Origin: Candidatus Cryptobacteroides sp.
Lineage (GTDB): Bacteria; Bacteroidota; Bacteroidia; Bacteroidales; UBA932
Assembly: GCA_045613365.1 (NCBI GenBank)
Contig: JAZLAS010000065.1
Coordinates: forward strand, 10,252-74,251
Direction: 5' to 3'
Length of the DNA: 64,000 bases
Shown piece by piece: positions 37,346 to 46,726 of the stretch; positions within the stretch are counted from its first letter, which is position 1, and every line of letters starts with the position of its first letter. Made by a program: the position numbers and the translations under genes. The notes under the pieces were generated by a model, which was not told the DNA's origin, ran no database searches, and saw only the letters and a program-made list of their open reading frames with translations.

Positions 37346-38539
37346 TTACAATCCCCATACGGAGTTTTTCAATGGGTCTTCAGCCTCCAGTTCTGCAGCC
37401 CTGATCTCTCCCAGCTTTGCAGGAAGATTCACGAAGAAATCCATTCCCAACATCTCCTCCAGTTCATCTACAGACATCGCCAGGCTTCTAAGGGAAGTGC
37501 TGGAGCTATAGCTCTTATGTTCGGTATAGAAAGCCATAGCCGCCCAAGTGCTCAGGGTTGAAGACTTGCTGTAACGGAGAAGGACCTTATAGTATGCCAC
37601 CGGTACCGTCATCTTCTTTCCGTCTGAATCCTGAGTGAATGTATTGCTGCCCTCTACGACACAACCGGTAACGACATATGTCGTATCGGAAGTGTTGGCC
37701 AAAGTGCGCACCTTGCTTTCCATGGTCTGCCATATGCCTTCGTTATGGGCATTCAGCTGAGGAGTCATGTTTGTACCGTAGAAAGTCTGTATATTGGCAT
37801 TGTAGCTGCACAACCTGTCTGCAGATGGAATCTGATGTCCTCTTGCATATGAACCGCCATATCCGCCGAATGGAGCCGAAGAAAACTCCAATCCGAGAAG
37901 AGGGTCATATGCCCATGCATCCGTACGGCCTACGGTCTTGTTTGTGTACATTGAACAGAGAGGATATGCCACCCAGAGCGCCACAAGGTCTTTCTGGCTC
38001 CAGCCGAACGAATAATTACGGTATATCTTCTTGTTCATTTCGAAGCTGTGGCTGTAATATCCCAGATCAGGATTATCCATTGCAGGAAGCTCCAGCCAGC
38101 CGGTCTTGGACAAGTCCTTGTCAGGCTTAGGAACGGGATCCTTTTCCGACTCCGGCTGCTTTCCGGATCCTGCCTGATCGAATGTACATGAAGTCCACCT
38201 GCTGCCATTGTCAAGGACGATATTGAGTCTGCGCCCCTCCTCGGCATTATTGACCTGGTACGAAAGAATTACATTGCTCCTGCTTCCCTTTCCCGAAGCA
38301 GGATTGACATCAGCCCAATCCACTTCCTGACCCGCTTCATCTGTCAGAGACAATGTCCATGAAGCGTTGCATCTGACATTCACGAACACCTGTCCTTTGC
38401 CTGAGGCTACAGAAGGATTCTTTACAGATACTTCCAGAACCTCCTTCTCCTCTACAGGCTTTTCGCAGGAAGATACAGCCAAGGCGCAGAGAGTCATCAC
38501 GACCGCTGCGACCTTGGTTATTGAAGTAAAATATATCAT
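37346..38539 (-). CDS. DNA/RNA non-specific endonuclease (His-Me finger) lipoprotein with N-terminal BACON-like domain
   Basis: Lipobox VSSC, YARGHQIPSAD (RGH catalytic motif), TFYGTNMTPQ, NEGIWQTME, VPVAYYKVLL. Confidence 0.9.
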   Translation of the reverse strand: MIYFTSITKVAAVVMTLCALAVSSCEKPVEEKEVLEVSVKNPSVASGKGQVFVNVRCNASWTLSLTDEAGQEVDWADVNPASGKGSRSNVILSYQVNNAEEGRRLNIVLDNGSRWTSCTFDQAGSGKQPESEKDPVPKPDKDLSKTGWLELPAMDNPDLGYYSHSFEMNKKIYRNYSFGWSQKDLVALWVAYPLCSMYTNKTVGRTDAWAYDPLLGLEFSSAPFGGYGGSYARGHQIPSADRLCSYNANIQTFYGTNMTPQLNAHNEGIWQTMESKVRTLANTSDTTYVVTGCVVEGSNTFTQDSDGKKMTVPVAYYKVLLRYSKSSTLSTWAAMAFYTEHKSYSSSTSLRSLAMSVDELEEMLGMDFFVNLPAKLGEIRAAELEAEDPLKNSVWGL

Positions 38540-38556
38540 TTCAATCTTTATCGGAA

Positions 38557-40833
38557 TTATTCAACGGCCTTAAGACCGAAAATTATTGCACGGCAGTTGC
38601 TTGTTCCTGTCGTAGCAAGAGTAAGTTCGGTCACACCGGAAGGGATGTCAACAGTATAATAATCTGACTGTGTTACAGTTATATTGTATCGCGGTTCAGG
38701 ATTGCCAGCGGCTCCTGAGTTTGCTGCCGGCTTCAATGTAGTGACATTGCTGCCTGCTGTACAGCTAAGAGATGTATTCGAGCTTCCGTTCCAAGCTACC
38801 GCATAGAAACCTACCTTGGCAGTTCCTGCCGGAACAGAAACCTTTGCTGAACCGCCTTCCTTGCTCTTGCCCAGTTTGAGGACGTTATCGACATCTACAC
38901 CATTGACTGTAGCTTTCTGAGAAGTAGAAGAAGTCGCATCATAAGCATTTGATCCGAGTGTCCAGGTAAGCTCCGAATCATATTCACCGGCTTCTCCGGT
39001 GCTACCGCCATCACCATTTCCTCCTGACGGAGCATCAGTCTCGGTTGTCTGCTCATAGAGAGTAGGGTATGTTCCCCTTACATCAGGATACGCACCGTAA
39101 GAGTTATAATTCGAGTCAAACTGAATGGACTTGTTCATCTCATTATTTGTGATGACAGCCTCGCCATTCTCAAATGCTACAGTCCATACATGGCCTGCAG
39201 TAACGTCTGCTGCCACATTGAAACTGTTGTATGTTCCTTTCATGAAGAGGTACTTGTCATCAGACTGTCTGATCGTATAACCACCGTCAACAGAAGTGAA
39301 AACAAAGGCATTGGTTCCCTTAGCCACGATATCACCATTCTCTACAGTAGCATCCTCTACCTGAATGTATCCGTAATTTCCAGAAATTGCGGTCGCAATC
39401 TTCGTTCCCACTGCCAGGACATAAGATTTGCCGCTCTCAATAGTCTGCGCTTTCTTATAGATAAAATACTTGCCGTCATTTTCTCCACTACCAGAATTGC
39501 CACTATTGTCACCAGCTGTAAAGCTTACAATATGAGCGTCAACAACTTCATGCTGGGACTTCTGCTCATAGTACAGGTATTTTCCATAGATTGTGATGGT
39601 GCCGCCGTTAGAGATCTTGCCTGACCACTCAGCCTTGCTTGCATCAAGAACAGAATAAACATATATCTTTCCTGAATCATCTGTAAGGTCAAAGCTGCAG
39701 TATGTAGGATTGAAGCCTGAAACCTTACCGGTAAGCTCGTAGTAGTTCGCATTGTCTGCAGCTGCAATGAACTCCTCAACGGTCTTCTTGCCCTTTGATT
39801 CAGGGACAGTGCCATCTCCTCCGGTATTTCCTCCCGGAGTATTTCCGCCTACCTCGAATTCCTCACCGTTTGCAAAATCAAGGGTCTTGCCGGCCTTATC
39901 AGCCTGAACAAGCTTAAGGTCATCAAGAGCATACGCAGAACCCAAAGACGATACGAAATATACATAAAGAGATGAAGTGCCTGAAGGGACTGTGAATGTA
40001 GAAAGAGCGAGATCCCATCTTCCGTTCGGAAGGGCACCACCGGCGAAATCACATGCAAGTTTCACCCACTTCTTGCCGTCAGCACTTACATAAGCCTTGA
40101 ACTCGTCCCAATTGAATGTATTGTCGGTAGCCTCATAGAGATATCTCTCTGTACCGAAAGAAAGAGTGAAATCTCTCTTTCCCTCAGGAAGAGTGATGTT
40201 CTTTACAGCGAAATAAGGAGTGCCGGAACCGAACCAGAGGTAGTTCTGTCCTGATGCTCCGAGAGAAACATAATCCGAATATGAACCAGCCGAACCATTT
40301 CCGCTGTTTGTACGTGCTGTCATTCGGTCAAAACCGTAAGTCACGGTCTCTACGCCCGATCCTGTAGCATTGAGCCAGCCATCGAAAGAATCAAGATATG
40401 TAGCCCAGCCGTTGCTACCCTTCTCTGCCTTGGTCTTATCGAAATTGTTTGAATAAACGACAAGCGCCTCAGCCGATCCGCCAGGTCCTGACTGAGTCAC
40501 AGTCAGATACTTGCTCTTCATTCCGATAGTGAACTTAAGGTCTGCCTTACGGTCCATACCTGTGTTTTCAAGAACTGTGACAGTTACTGTCTGATCATCT
40601 GCCGATGCCGCTCCTGACTCTGGATTTACAACCACCCAGTCAGCATCAGTCTCGACCATCCAGTCACGTGTCGCACTCAGCGTAAGAGCCTCATTTCCAC
40701 CGGCTTCATCAAAAGTCATCTCAGTCACGCTGAGTGTAATATTAGGAGTACCAAGATTCTGCTCTACCGGCTCACAAGAGGCAAGAACGGCCATCGATGC
40801 TGCTACTCCCAAAAATAAATTTCTCAATCTCAT
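38557..40833 (-). CDS. Multidomain lipoprotein: BACON, beta-sandwich, OB-fold-like module and C-terminal domain shared with the 41000-42982 protein
   Basis: Lipobox LASC. BACON pattern ATRDWMVETDADWVVVNP. OB-like TVEEFIAA...YELTGKV...FDLTDDSGKIYVY. Gly/Asn linkers. Start set at MRLRNL. Confidence 0.7.
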   Translation of the reverse strand: MRLRNLFLGVAASMAVLASCEPVEQNLGTPNITLSVTEMTFDEAGGNEALTLSATRDWMVETDADWVVVNPESGAASADDQTVTVTVLENTGMDRKADLKFTIGMKSKYLTVTQSGPGGSAEALVVYSNNFDKTKAEKGSNGWATYLDSFDGWLNATGSGVETVTYGFDRMTARTNSGNGSAGSYSDYVSLGASGQNYLWFGSGTPYFAVKNITLPEGKRDFTLSFGTERYLYEATDNTFNWDEFKAYVSADGKKWVKLACDFAGGALPNGRWDLALSTFTVPSGTSSLYVYFVSSLGSAYALDDLKLVQADKAGKTLDFANGEEFEVGGNTPGGNTGGDGTVPESKGKKTVEEFIAAADNANYYELTGKVSGFNPTYCSFDLTDDSGKIYVYSVLDASKAEWSGKISNGGTITIYGKYLYYEQKSQHEVVDAHIVSFTAGDNSGNSGSGENDGKYFIYKKAQTIESGKSYVLAVGTKIATAISGNYGYIQVEDATVENGDIVAKGTNAFVFTSVDGGYTIRQSDDKYLFMKGTYNSFNVAADVTAGHVWTVAFENGEAVITNNEMNKSIQFDSNYNSYGAYPDVRGTYPTLYEQTTETDAPSGGNGDGGSTGEAGEYDSELTWTLGSNAYDATSSTSQKATVNGVDVDNVLKLGKSKEGGSAKVSVPAGTAKVGFYAVAWNGSSNTSLSCTAGSNVTTLKPAANSGAAGNPEPRYNITVTQSDYYTVDIPSGVTELTLATTGTSNCRAIIFGLKAVE

Positions 40834-40892
40834 AATGAAATCCATATAAATTGTTTATGCCTAATGTCTTAAGGACAGTTCCCTTGAACTTA

Positions 40893-40900
40893 CAAAAATA
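40893..40900 (-). promoter_or_regulatory. Putative -7 promoter element heading the 40.8 to 19.9 kb gene run
   Basis: Minus-strand TATTTTTG about 60 nt upstream of the ATG. Confidence 0.5.
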
Positions 40901-40943
40901 ATGAAATTTCCTTGATATTCAACATCTGGCGATGTTCAATAAT

Positions 40944-40975
40944 AAAAAATCAGGCAGCCCTGACAGGCTGCCTGA
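40944..40975 (-). terminator. Intrinsic terminator after the 41000-42982 gene
   Basis: Perfect 10-bp stem TCAGGCAGCC / GGCTGCCTGA with minus-strand T tract. Confidence 0.8.
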
Positions 40976-40999
40976 CGTAAAAATATTTTTCGAAGAATC

Positions 41000-42982
41000 T
41001 TACTTGTAAGAGTTAAGTCCCCAGATGATCACGCGTGTTGCACCTTCTACAGTGCTGAGAGCAACTTCTGTATCAGATGGAAGAGCCGAGCCGAGAAGTT
41101 TCTCGATATTGATTTCATAATAATCGGTATCAGCTACAGTGATAGTGTAAGGAGCATTACCTGTCGCACCGTCATTTGAAACAAGATCCTGAGAGTATAT
41201 CTGCTGACCACCTACTGAAGCCACAAGAGTTCCTTTTTTAGCCTTCCATGAAACACCCCAGAAACCTACCTTCTTTGTTCCGGCAGGAACAATAATAGAA
41301 GCAGAACCTACAACGCTTGATGTACCGAATTTGAGGACCTTATCGAGCGCTGTACCATTTACGGTCGCTGCTCCGTCGTCATATGACTTGTTGTCCTTGT
41401 TAGCAGTCCATGTGATGTTGCTGGTGAAAGGGCCTACAGTCACAGGATCGTCACCCGGCTCTGATGCTTCATGAGAAACATAATAGCCGTTTACCATCTG
41501 TGCACTGCCATTGTACTCTCCGCGCTGACCTGTTACAGTAAGAACGTCACCTACCTTAAGGCCTATTTCTTCGATAGCCTTTCCACCGACAGCAGGCTTC
41601 ATGCGGAAGATATAGAGCTCAGTTCCGTTTTCGTCTGCAATTGTAAGGGTAGCATTCTTGTAAGATGCGCTTATCTCCTTGATATTGACGATCTTACCCG
41701 TAACGATATAAGTCACGTCAGTAGATACTGGAGCTGCAAGGAACTCAGCAATAGTTGCTGCTGTGAAGCTTACATAAGATTCTACATAGCAACCAGCAGC
41801 CATCTGAGGCTTGCCGTTATAGCTTGACCTCTTGCCGACTACAGTCACCTGATCACCAGCCTTGAGTCCGAGATCCTCGATATTTGCATCTACTGCAACA
41901 AGACGATAAAGATCAACCTCGTTACCTGCACCATCAACGATAGTGGCGCTTGCATTGTGATACTGTGCGTTTGCAGAGAAACTCTTGAGAGTACCTTTTA
42001 CACGATAAAGTGTAGCATCTTCTGCTGCTGCAAGGAATTCAGGGATAGTAGCATCAATGATAGAGCCAGCCTGACTGAGAGTAGCGAATGCCTTATACGC
42101 TACACCCTTGCTTACAGTAACGAACTCGATCTCAGTCGAACGGTCGCCACCTGCATTAGGAGCAGCATAGAATGTAACGACAGCAGTAGTACCGCTTGTC
42201 TGTACACCTGTTACTGAAAGCCATGACTTTGCAGCCTCTGGAACAACTACAGTTACGCCGTTACCCTTTGCTGTAAGAGTTACTTTGAACTCGCCACCCT
42301 CGATTGGAAGGACAGCCTCCTCCGGAGACACCTCGTCAACCTTGATGAGAGACTTCTCGATGCTGATTACGTCAACGTTAACGAGCTCGATAGTACCGTT
42401 GTAGTCCTTTCTAGGGCCCTCTACAGTAACGATGTCACCCACCTCGATGCCATGCTTGGTGAACAGCTTCTCAGCACCGTCATAAAGAGTACCATATACA
42501 TATACAGTACCTGTCTCGTCCTGAAGATACCAGTTACCATATTGTGTGTTGGCGATAGAAGTCACAGTACCCTTTACACGATACCTTACTCCATCCTCAC
42601 CGGCATTTACCTGAGCACAAGTAGAAATAGGAAGCTCTACCTTCTCTGTAAGCTGCAATGCAGTCATGAACTGTGTAGCACCGTCACAAAGAAGAGAAAG
42701 AATAGCCTCGTTTGTAGCTGTTGTAGCTTCAGCAGAGAACTTTACCACTGTCTCACCTGCAGCACCTGTAGCAGGAGAAACTGTAAGCCATTCAGGGATA
42801 TCAGTGATTTCCCAATCAGCAGCAGCAGTAACAGTCACCTCTACCTGACCTCCCTCTGCAGGGATAGCGATATATGACTGAGATACCTTTACCTCATCCA
42901 GGAATCGCTCTTCTTCCTGACAGCCCACGAATGTGAACGCAAGAACTGCTGCGAGCGCTGTGAAAATATTTCTAAGTTTCAT
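41000..42982 (-). CDS. Lipoprotein with two BACON-like domains, three OB-fold-like repeats and a C-terminal beta domain; candidate nucleic-acid-binding surface protein
   Basis: Lipobox FVGC. Three repeats of (T)I.EFLAA..Y.V.G....D..G....Y....L.VGD.VTV.G.R..YNG..Q/E. Confidence 0.72.
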   Translation of the reverse strand: MKLRNIFTALAAVLAFTFVGCQEEERFLDEVKVSQSYIAIPAEGGQVEVTVTAAADWEITDIPEWLTVSPATGAAGETVVKFSAEATTATNEAILSLLCDGATQFMTALQLTEKVELPISTCAQVNAGEDGVRYRVKGTVTSIANTQYGNWYLQDETGTVYVYGTLYDGAEKLFTKHGIEVGDIVTVEGPRKDYNGTIELVNVDVISIEKSLIKVDEVSPEEAVLPIEGGEFKVTLTAKGNGVTVVVPEAAKSWLSVTGVQTSGTTAVVTFYAAPNAGGDRSTEIEFVTVSKGVAYKAFATLSQAGSIIDATIPEFLAAAEDATLYRVKGTLKSFSANAQYHNASATIVDGAGNEVDLYRLVAVDANIEDLGLKAGDQVTVVGKRSSYNGKPQMAAGCYVESYVSFTAATIAEFLAAPVSTDVTYIVTGKIVNIKEISASYKNATLTIADENGTELYIFRMKPAVGGKAIEEIGLKVGDVLTVTGQRGEYNGSAQMVNGYYVSHEASEPGDDPVTVGPFTSNITWTANKDNKSYDDGAATVNGTALDKVLKFGTSSVVGSASIIVPAGTKKVGFWGVSWKAKKGTLVASVGGQQIYSQDLVSNDGATGNAPYTITVADTDYYEINIEKLLGSALPSDTEVALSTVEGATRVIIWGLNSYK

Positions 42983-43000
42983 AATATTCCTGATAATAAA

Positions 43001-46000
43001 TTAGTTAAACATGTATTTGATTCCGACAGAAGCATACCAGCACTGGCCGATATTCACGTACTTCTTCCAGATCTCAGTATCGCCTGAGATTACAGAAGGT
43101 GTAGAGAATGTAGGATATCCGTCAGCGTCAACACCCTCATACTTGAGGACACGTGCCTGAGTAGAGCTTGAGTACTCAGGGTTCATGTACTTGATCACGC
43201 CCCAGTCAGAGTTGAAGAGGTTGAGGATATTCTTGATATCTACATTGAGCTGAAGGATATTCATAGACTTGCCTGCTCTGATCTTGAAATCATGCTTGTA
43301 GCTGAAATCAAGTCTGTGTACCCATGGAGAGTAAGCGCTGTAAGACTCTGCATATTTGCCCTGGTTCTTGCTGAGATATGGATCCTGATGTACATAATCC
43401 ATGAAACGTTTCTCATCATCCTCAGAAACGAAACGGAAATCACGATTTGCAACCTGCTCATCTGTAGGGATATAGATGAGGTCATAGTTGTAACCATCAC
43501 CGTTCATATCGTTGGCAGTCATGTAAGAGTATTTGTAACCGCCTCTGAATGCCTCATAGATGAAGCTGAAGTGGTTGTCAGACTTATCGTGGAAAGTAGC
43601 AGATGCCACGACACGGTTCGGAGTCACGAACTCTGAGTTGTGGAGACCTGGATCATTCGGACCATAGATTGTTCCGATGTAGTTAAGCACTGATGCTGCA
43701 TTAGAGCCAGGCATACCTGTAAGCTCCTTAGAAACAGTATGAGTATAAGAAGCCATGAGGCTGATGCTCTCTACAGGACGCATATTCATAGTAAATGTGC
43801 CTGAATATCCGTATCCTCTATGAGTATTCTCGAGAACATATGCTGCAGGCATGTTCTTATCTTCATATTTCTCCTTCTCTGCGTTATATACCTGATATGT
43901 CTGCTTGAAGTCCTGATAGATAGGACGGTTGTCCACACCATTGAATCTTGTAAAGCCATCTACAGGATTAACACTCCAGTCTCTGAGCACCACGCCATTG
44001 ATTGTCTTGTTGAAGATACCCTCGGCGCTGATAGTGAATGGGAATGAAACCGGAATTGTATAATCGATAGCAAATGAAGCCTTCCATACCTGAGGCATCT
44101 TGAAGTTTGCGTCAACTGCAGAAATCTCAGAAGGGAGTGTACCGTCTTCAGGCTTGATTGTGCTTGGATAACCCATCTCATGAAGCTTCTTGAGAAGTGC
44201 CTCACGCTTGAGAAGATCGCCCTTGAACACATCCATTGTATATTTAGGAACCTCCACGCCATCTTCATTGATCACTGTACCGAACTTATCGAGGAGTTTG
44301 GCATCATTGAGCTGAGCCTGATACTGAACCATTCCTGAGTTTGTAGGCATGTTGGTGAAGAACACGAGAGGCAGACGTCCTGAGAAGAGACCTGTACCAC
44401 CACGGAACTTAAGGCTGTTGTCTCCAAGAACGTCCCATGAGAAACCTACTCTTGGAGAAGCTGTAATTGCAGCTGTAGGCCACTTGCCGGTATCGATATG
44501 ACGCTCCTCGCCATCTACCGTATAAGCAAGGTCATAGATAGCCTGGTTTCTCATAAGGTCCTGATTGTCAAAGAAGAGACCATCGAGACGGAGACCGTAA
44601 GTAAGCTTGAATCTTTCAGTAACATTCCACTCATCCTGAGCATAGAGACCGGCCTTGTGGAACTGTACACGTGCTGCAGGATTTGTCTCACCATCATAAC
44701 CATAAGTAAGACATACTACCTCAGGTGCTGCTCCGGCATAGAAATCCTCAAGACTCTTGTAACGGTAGTAACCTGTACCGTTTCTCATGTAAGAGTTGTC
44801 AGCCATCTGATACTCATAGCTCAGACCTCCGGTAATCTTATGGTTACTTGCATAGTATGTAAGGTCATCCTTTACGCTGATATGAGTATTGTGTACTGCA
44901 TTGTTGTATGTAAAGAGCTCGTAACCGAGGGCGATATAAGGGAGAACTGCACTGCCGTCGTCCTTACGGATATCAACGAAAGGCATATCCTCTGAATTTG
45001 TTCCGCGGATATCGTCAAGCTTTGAATAAGTTGCGAGGAACTGGTTTGAAAGATTGTCGCTGATACGGCTGTTGAGATCTACTGAAACTGTACTTACGAC
45101 GTTATCCATCGAATACATAGAGTTGGCATATGCCATACCATACTGAGAGAAACGAGAATAACCGGAACGTGAACCACCGTCCATTGATGAACCGTTGGTT
45201 GAGTTCCAAGCTCTGTTAAGAGTATAGTTGTATCTTACAGCGAGCTTGTTCCTGTCGTTGATGTTCCAGTCGATACGGGCAAGGAGCTTGGTATTGCTCT
45301 CGTTTGCAGGGAAATCAGTCCATGAACCTGTCTCATATCCATACTTATCCTTTACAAACTTTGAAACCTCCTCAAGGTCCTTGAGAGTTGTACGTGAGAT
45401 GTATTTATCAGCATTCATCACTCCATCCTCAGAACCATGCCATCTGTTAACGACTGTAGGCACCTTCGAGTACTCTGCATTCACGAAGAAGAAGAGCTTG
45501 TTCTTGATGATAGGTCCGCCGAGTGTGAAACCGTATGTAGTGTTGCGGTCTTTTTCACGTGCACCTGAAACTTCCTTTCCACCGGCCATATTACCACGCA
45601 TGTTCTCATTGCGGTGATAAACATATGCAGATCCCTTGAATGTGTTTGTACCTGACTTTGTGATAGCGTTCACACCACCACCGATGAAGTTTGTCTGACG
45701 TACATCATATGGAGAGATAACCACCTGCATCTCCTCGATAGCATCGATAGAGATAGGGCTTCCACCACCTGGGAGACCTCCGTTAAGACCGAAGTTGTTG
45801 TTGAAGTTCGCACCATCGACTGTAAAGTTAGCTGTACGGTCGTCCGCACCGGCGAAGCTCATTCCGTTACCACCATATGGTGAAAGTCTTGTAACGTCAG
45901 AGATGCTTCTGTTTACAGTAGGGATAGATGTGATCTGGTTGCTTGAAATGTTGGTCGCAGAACCCATCTTCTCAGCTGAGAACTTTGAAGCTGGAGCTGC

Positions 46001-46369
46001 AACTACCATTGCTTCACCGAGCATCTCAGAGTCCTCGTTGAGAGTACCGTTGAGAGAGAAAGTCTCAGCGAGCTGAAGAGTCACATCTGTGTAAGCGAGA
46101 GTCTGGTATCCAAGGCAAGAAATCTCAACCTTGTAAGGACCGCCGGCACGCATACCGTTGATGGCATAACGACCGTCATTATTTGTTGAAACGCCGTAAA
46201 CGGTACCTGAAGGCTCATGTGTAGCGACAACCGCTGCACCGATCACAGGCTCACCGTTAGCATCAACAATACGTCCACCCAGAGCAGATGTGGTCACCTG
46301 TGCGAAGGCAGCCACGCTCATAAGCATTGCCGCGAAAACGGCAATAAGACACTTAATTGATTGTTTCAT
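43001..46369 (-). CDS. Oar-like TonB-dependent receptor with N-terminal carboxypeptidase-regulatory-like domain
   Basis: Signal peptide, GEPVIGAAV, NFTVDGANFNNNFGL, PISIDAIEE..V..SPYDVRQ..F.GGGVNAITKSGTN, YAQDEW, C-terminal GIKYMFN. Confidence 0.88.
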   Translation of the reverse strand: MKQSIKCLIAVFAAMLMSVAAFAQVTTSALGGRIVDANGEPVIGAAVVATHEPSGTVYGVSTNNDGRYAINGMRAGGPYKVEISCLGYQTLAYTDVTLQLAETFSLNGTLNEDSEMLGEAMVVAAPASKFSAEKMGSATNISSNQITSIPTVNRSISDVTRLSPYGGNGMSFAGADDRTANFTVDGANFNNNFGLNGGLPGGGSPISIDAIEEMQVVISPYDVRQTNFIGGGVNAITKSGTNTFKGSAYVYHRNENMRGNMAGGKEVSGAREKDRNTTYGFTLGGPIIKNKLFFFVNAEYSKVPTVVNRWHGSEDGVMNADKYISRTTLKDLEEVSKFVKDKYGYETGSWTDFPANESNTKLLARIDWNINDRNKLAVRYNYTLNRAWNSTNGSSMDGGSRSGYSRFSQYGMAYANSMYSMDNVVSTVSVDLNSRISDNLSNQFLATYSKLDDIRGTNSEDMPFVDIRKDDGSAVLPYIALGYELFTYNNAVHNTHISVKDDLTYYASNHKITGGLSYEYQMADNSYMRNGTGYYRYKSLEDFYAGAAPEVVCLTYGYDGETNPAARVQFHKAGLYAQDEWNVTERFKLTYGLRLDGLFFDNQDLMRNQAIYDLAYTVDGEERHIDTGKWPTAAITASPRVGFSWDVLGDNSLKFRGGTGLFSGRLPLVFFTNMPTNSGMVQYQAQLNDAKLLDKFGTVINEDGVEVPKYTMDVFKGDLLKREALLKKLHEMGYPSTIKPEDGTLPSEISAVDANFKMPQVWKASFAIDYTIPVSFPFTISAEGIFNKTINGVVLRDWSVNPVDGFTRFNGVDNRPIYQDFKQTYQVYNAEKEKYEDKNMPAAYVLENTHRGYGYSGTFTMNMRPVESISLMASYTHTVSKELTGMPGSNAASVLNYIGTIYGPNDPGLHNSEFVTPNRVVASATFHDKSDNHFSFIYEAFRGGYKYSYMTANDMNGDGYNYDLIYIPTDEQVANRDFRFVSEDDEKRFMDYVHQDPYLSKNQGKYAESYSAYSPWVHRLDFSYKHDFKIRAGKSMNILQLNVDIKNILNLFNSDWGVIKYMNPEYSSSTQARVLKYEGVDADGYPTFSTPSVISGDTEIWKKYVNIGQCWYASVGIKYMFN

Positions 46370-46405
46370 AACGTTTTAGTTAAAATAATAGGATTTTTTA
46401 TGGCG

Positions 46406-46413
46406 CAAAGATA
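46406..46413 (-). promoter_or_regulatory. -7 promoter element of the Oar-like receptor operon
   Basis: Minus-strand TATCTTTG about 37 nt upstream of the ATG. Confidence 0.6.
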
Positions 46414-46496
46414 GCACATTTTGACGACGTTATGAAATTTTGTGCCCATTTTTAACAGCCAGAGCATCATATATTAATGGTTTGCCGGAAAAAATA

Positions 46497-46526
46497 TTTG
46501 CATGTCAGAAATTTTATATATCTTTG
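46497..46526 (+). promoter_or_regulatory. metK promoter (-33 TTTG, -7 TATCTTTG)
   Basis: TTTG-N18-TATCTTTG immediately before the riboswitch. Confidence 0.75.
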
Positions 46527-46539
46527 CCGCCCGAAAAGA

Positions 46540-46590
46540 AAATGTGGAGAGATTTGGCTGCTTGCAACCACGTAAAAAAATGCTAAAATG
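46540..46590 (+). ncRNA. SAM-II class riboswitch aptamer
   Basis: P1 ATGTGG/CCACGT encloses GATTT and TTGCA, followed by an A-rich linker and GCTAAA. This is the SAM-II pseudoknot core, located in the 5' leader of metK. Confidence 0.85.
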
Positions 46591-46654
46591 TTGACTAAAT
46601 GGTCATCTAGCCATGGTGACCGCTTTCATATCAATGTTTTGTGTTTTTGTGACG

Positions 46655-46684
46655 GCTCCGCATTTATGTGGGGCTTTTGTTTTT
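46655..46684 (+). terminator. Riboswitch-controlled intrinsic terminator upstream of metK
   Basis: GCTCCGCA-TTTA-TGTGGGGC stem followed by TTTTGTTTTT. Confidence 0.8.
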
Positions 46685-46726
46685 ATGCCAGGGGCGCTGA
46701 TTGAATTAAAAGATAATATTGAAAAT

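Noticed and set aside
46368-46378. TAACGTTTTA at the Oar-like receptor start as a second LacI operator
   Set aside because: Only the 6-bp AACGTT core is symmetric, which is too weak to claim.
46613-46726. 38-aa N-terminal extension of MetK, or a leader peptide
   Set aside because: It runs through the riboswitch terminator. Conserved MetK sequence starts at [10 protein letters not shown] (46727).
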